Made by a program: the position numbers and the translations under genes. Shown here one piece after another: positions 63,289 to 64,000 of a stretch of 64,000 bases of DNA. The stretch lies in NCBI GenBank assembly GCA_051294375.1, contig CM119265.1, forward strand, positions 6,036,227-6,100,226, written 5' to 3'. The stretch is from Paraspadella gotoi. Lineage: Eukaryota; Animalia; Chaetognatha. Positions within the stretch are counted from its first letter, which is position 1. Every line of letters starts with the position of its first letter. A model generated the notes under the pieces. It worked only from the letters and a program-made list of their open reading frames with translations. It searched no databases and was not told the origin of the DNA.

Positions 63289-64000
63289 CGTTTTGTTAGC
63301 TGGAAAACGTTCAGACATTAAATTTTTCTCTTTCTACTTTTTATTATCCCATTGGTCCACAATACCATTAAAAAACACCTTTTGTTTCTGATCGGATTTC
63401 GCTGGTGATTTCAAATCATTTTTTCTTTCATTTTGATTTTCTAGGTACATGCATTTCGACAAACTCTGTATGTTCCCTGTGTATTTATGTAACTAAACGT
63501 AAACATCACATTGAAGACTTTCTAAAGTGAAAAAAATGCCAGCTGACTATGAGCGCTTACCGATTTATTGCCTAATAGAAGATGAGGGGAACTGAAATCA
63601 GTTTACTCGGGATGCGATTGACGAGTGCGCGGAAGAAATTAAGGGAGCGTGATAATGTGAGAGCACCACTACAAGCCGAGATCTTGACGATCAAGAAGGA
63701 ATTACGATCTAATCAGACTGATCAGTGCGGAAGCGACGCCGACCTCTCCAAGGAAATACCCGCTCGTAGGGCTTGGTAATAATTTCAATCTTGATATATG
63801 TTGATTGCTGAAATTATATAATCGGGAACTGGAACCTAACCACTGTAGTAACCAGTCAGTTATTTTATTTTTGCTTTTTAAAAGTGAAGTTTTCGAATGT
63901 TCTGTTTTTTTACAATAAATAATATTATATAATATTAAATAATTTTTTACGTGCTCCCTAAACTCCATCCCATAATCTCTCATTCTATCCCGGGACGCCG

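Noticed and set aside
63536-63780. Start of another + strand gene
   Set aside because: The composition looks coding-like, but the ATG frame has several stops and no recognisable homology; the window ends soon after.

Overview
This is a gene-dense stretch of a compact invertebrate animal genome, with mostly 50-100 bp AT-rich GT-AG introns and GC-richer exons; the species cannot be identified from sequence alone. On the + strand lie the 3' end of an APBB/FE65 adaptor, a klumpfuss-type C2H2 transcription factor, a coiled-coil/filamin/NHL protein and an orphan ORF. An NHE6/7/9 exchanger and SET/TAF-I follow on the - strand. Next come 13 consecutive + strand genes: divergent GPI, NOP14, POGZ/ZNF280-like, EFR3, WARS, PPP1R21, PDCD5, PDS5, ICln, GEN1-like, IDH3B-like, DNAJB6-like and Maelstrom. 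Several have short spacers and splice acceptors just upstream of the ATG, which suggests operons resolved by trans-splicing. Non-coding features include several TA-flanked Tc1/mariner-type MITEs, a tRNA-derived SINE, a small repeat family with telomere-like tracts and three intronic sno/scaRNA candidates. The strongest leads are: (1) an in-frame UAG-G plus stem-loop followed by 216 open codons in the klumpfuss gene, a stop-codon readthrough candidate; (2) two paralogous box C/D RNAs in PDS5 introns with an anti-U4 guide in shifted registers; (3) a TrpRS with an EF1B/CysRS-type GST-like domain instead of WHEP; (4) the operon-like organisation; (5) a frame break in the POGZ-like gene. Gene spans include introns, and exon boundaries were read by eye.
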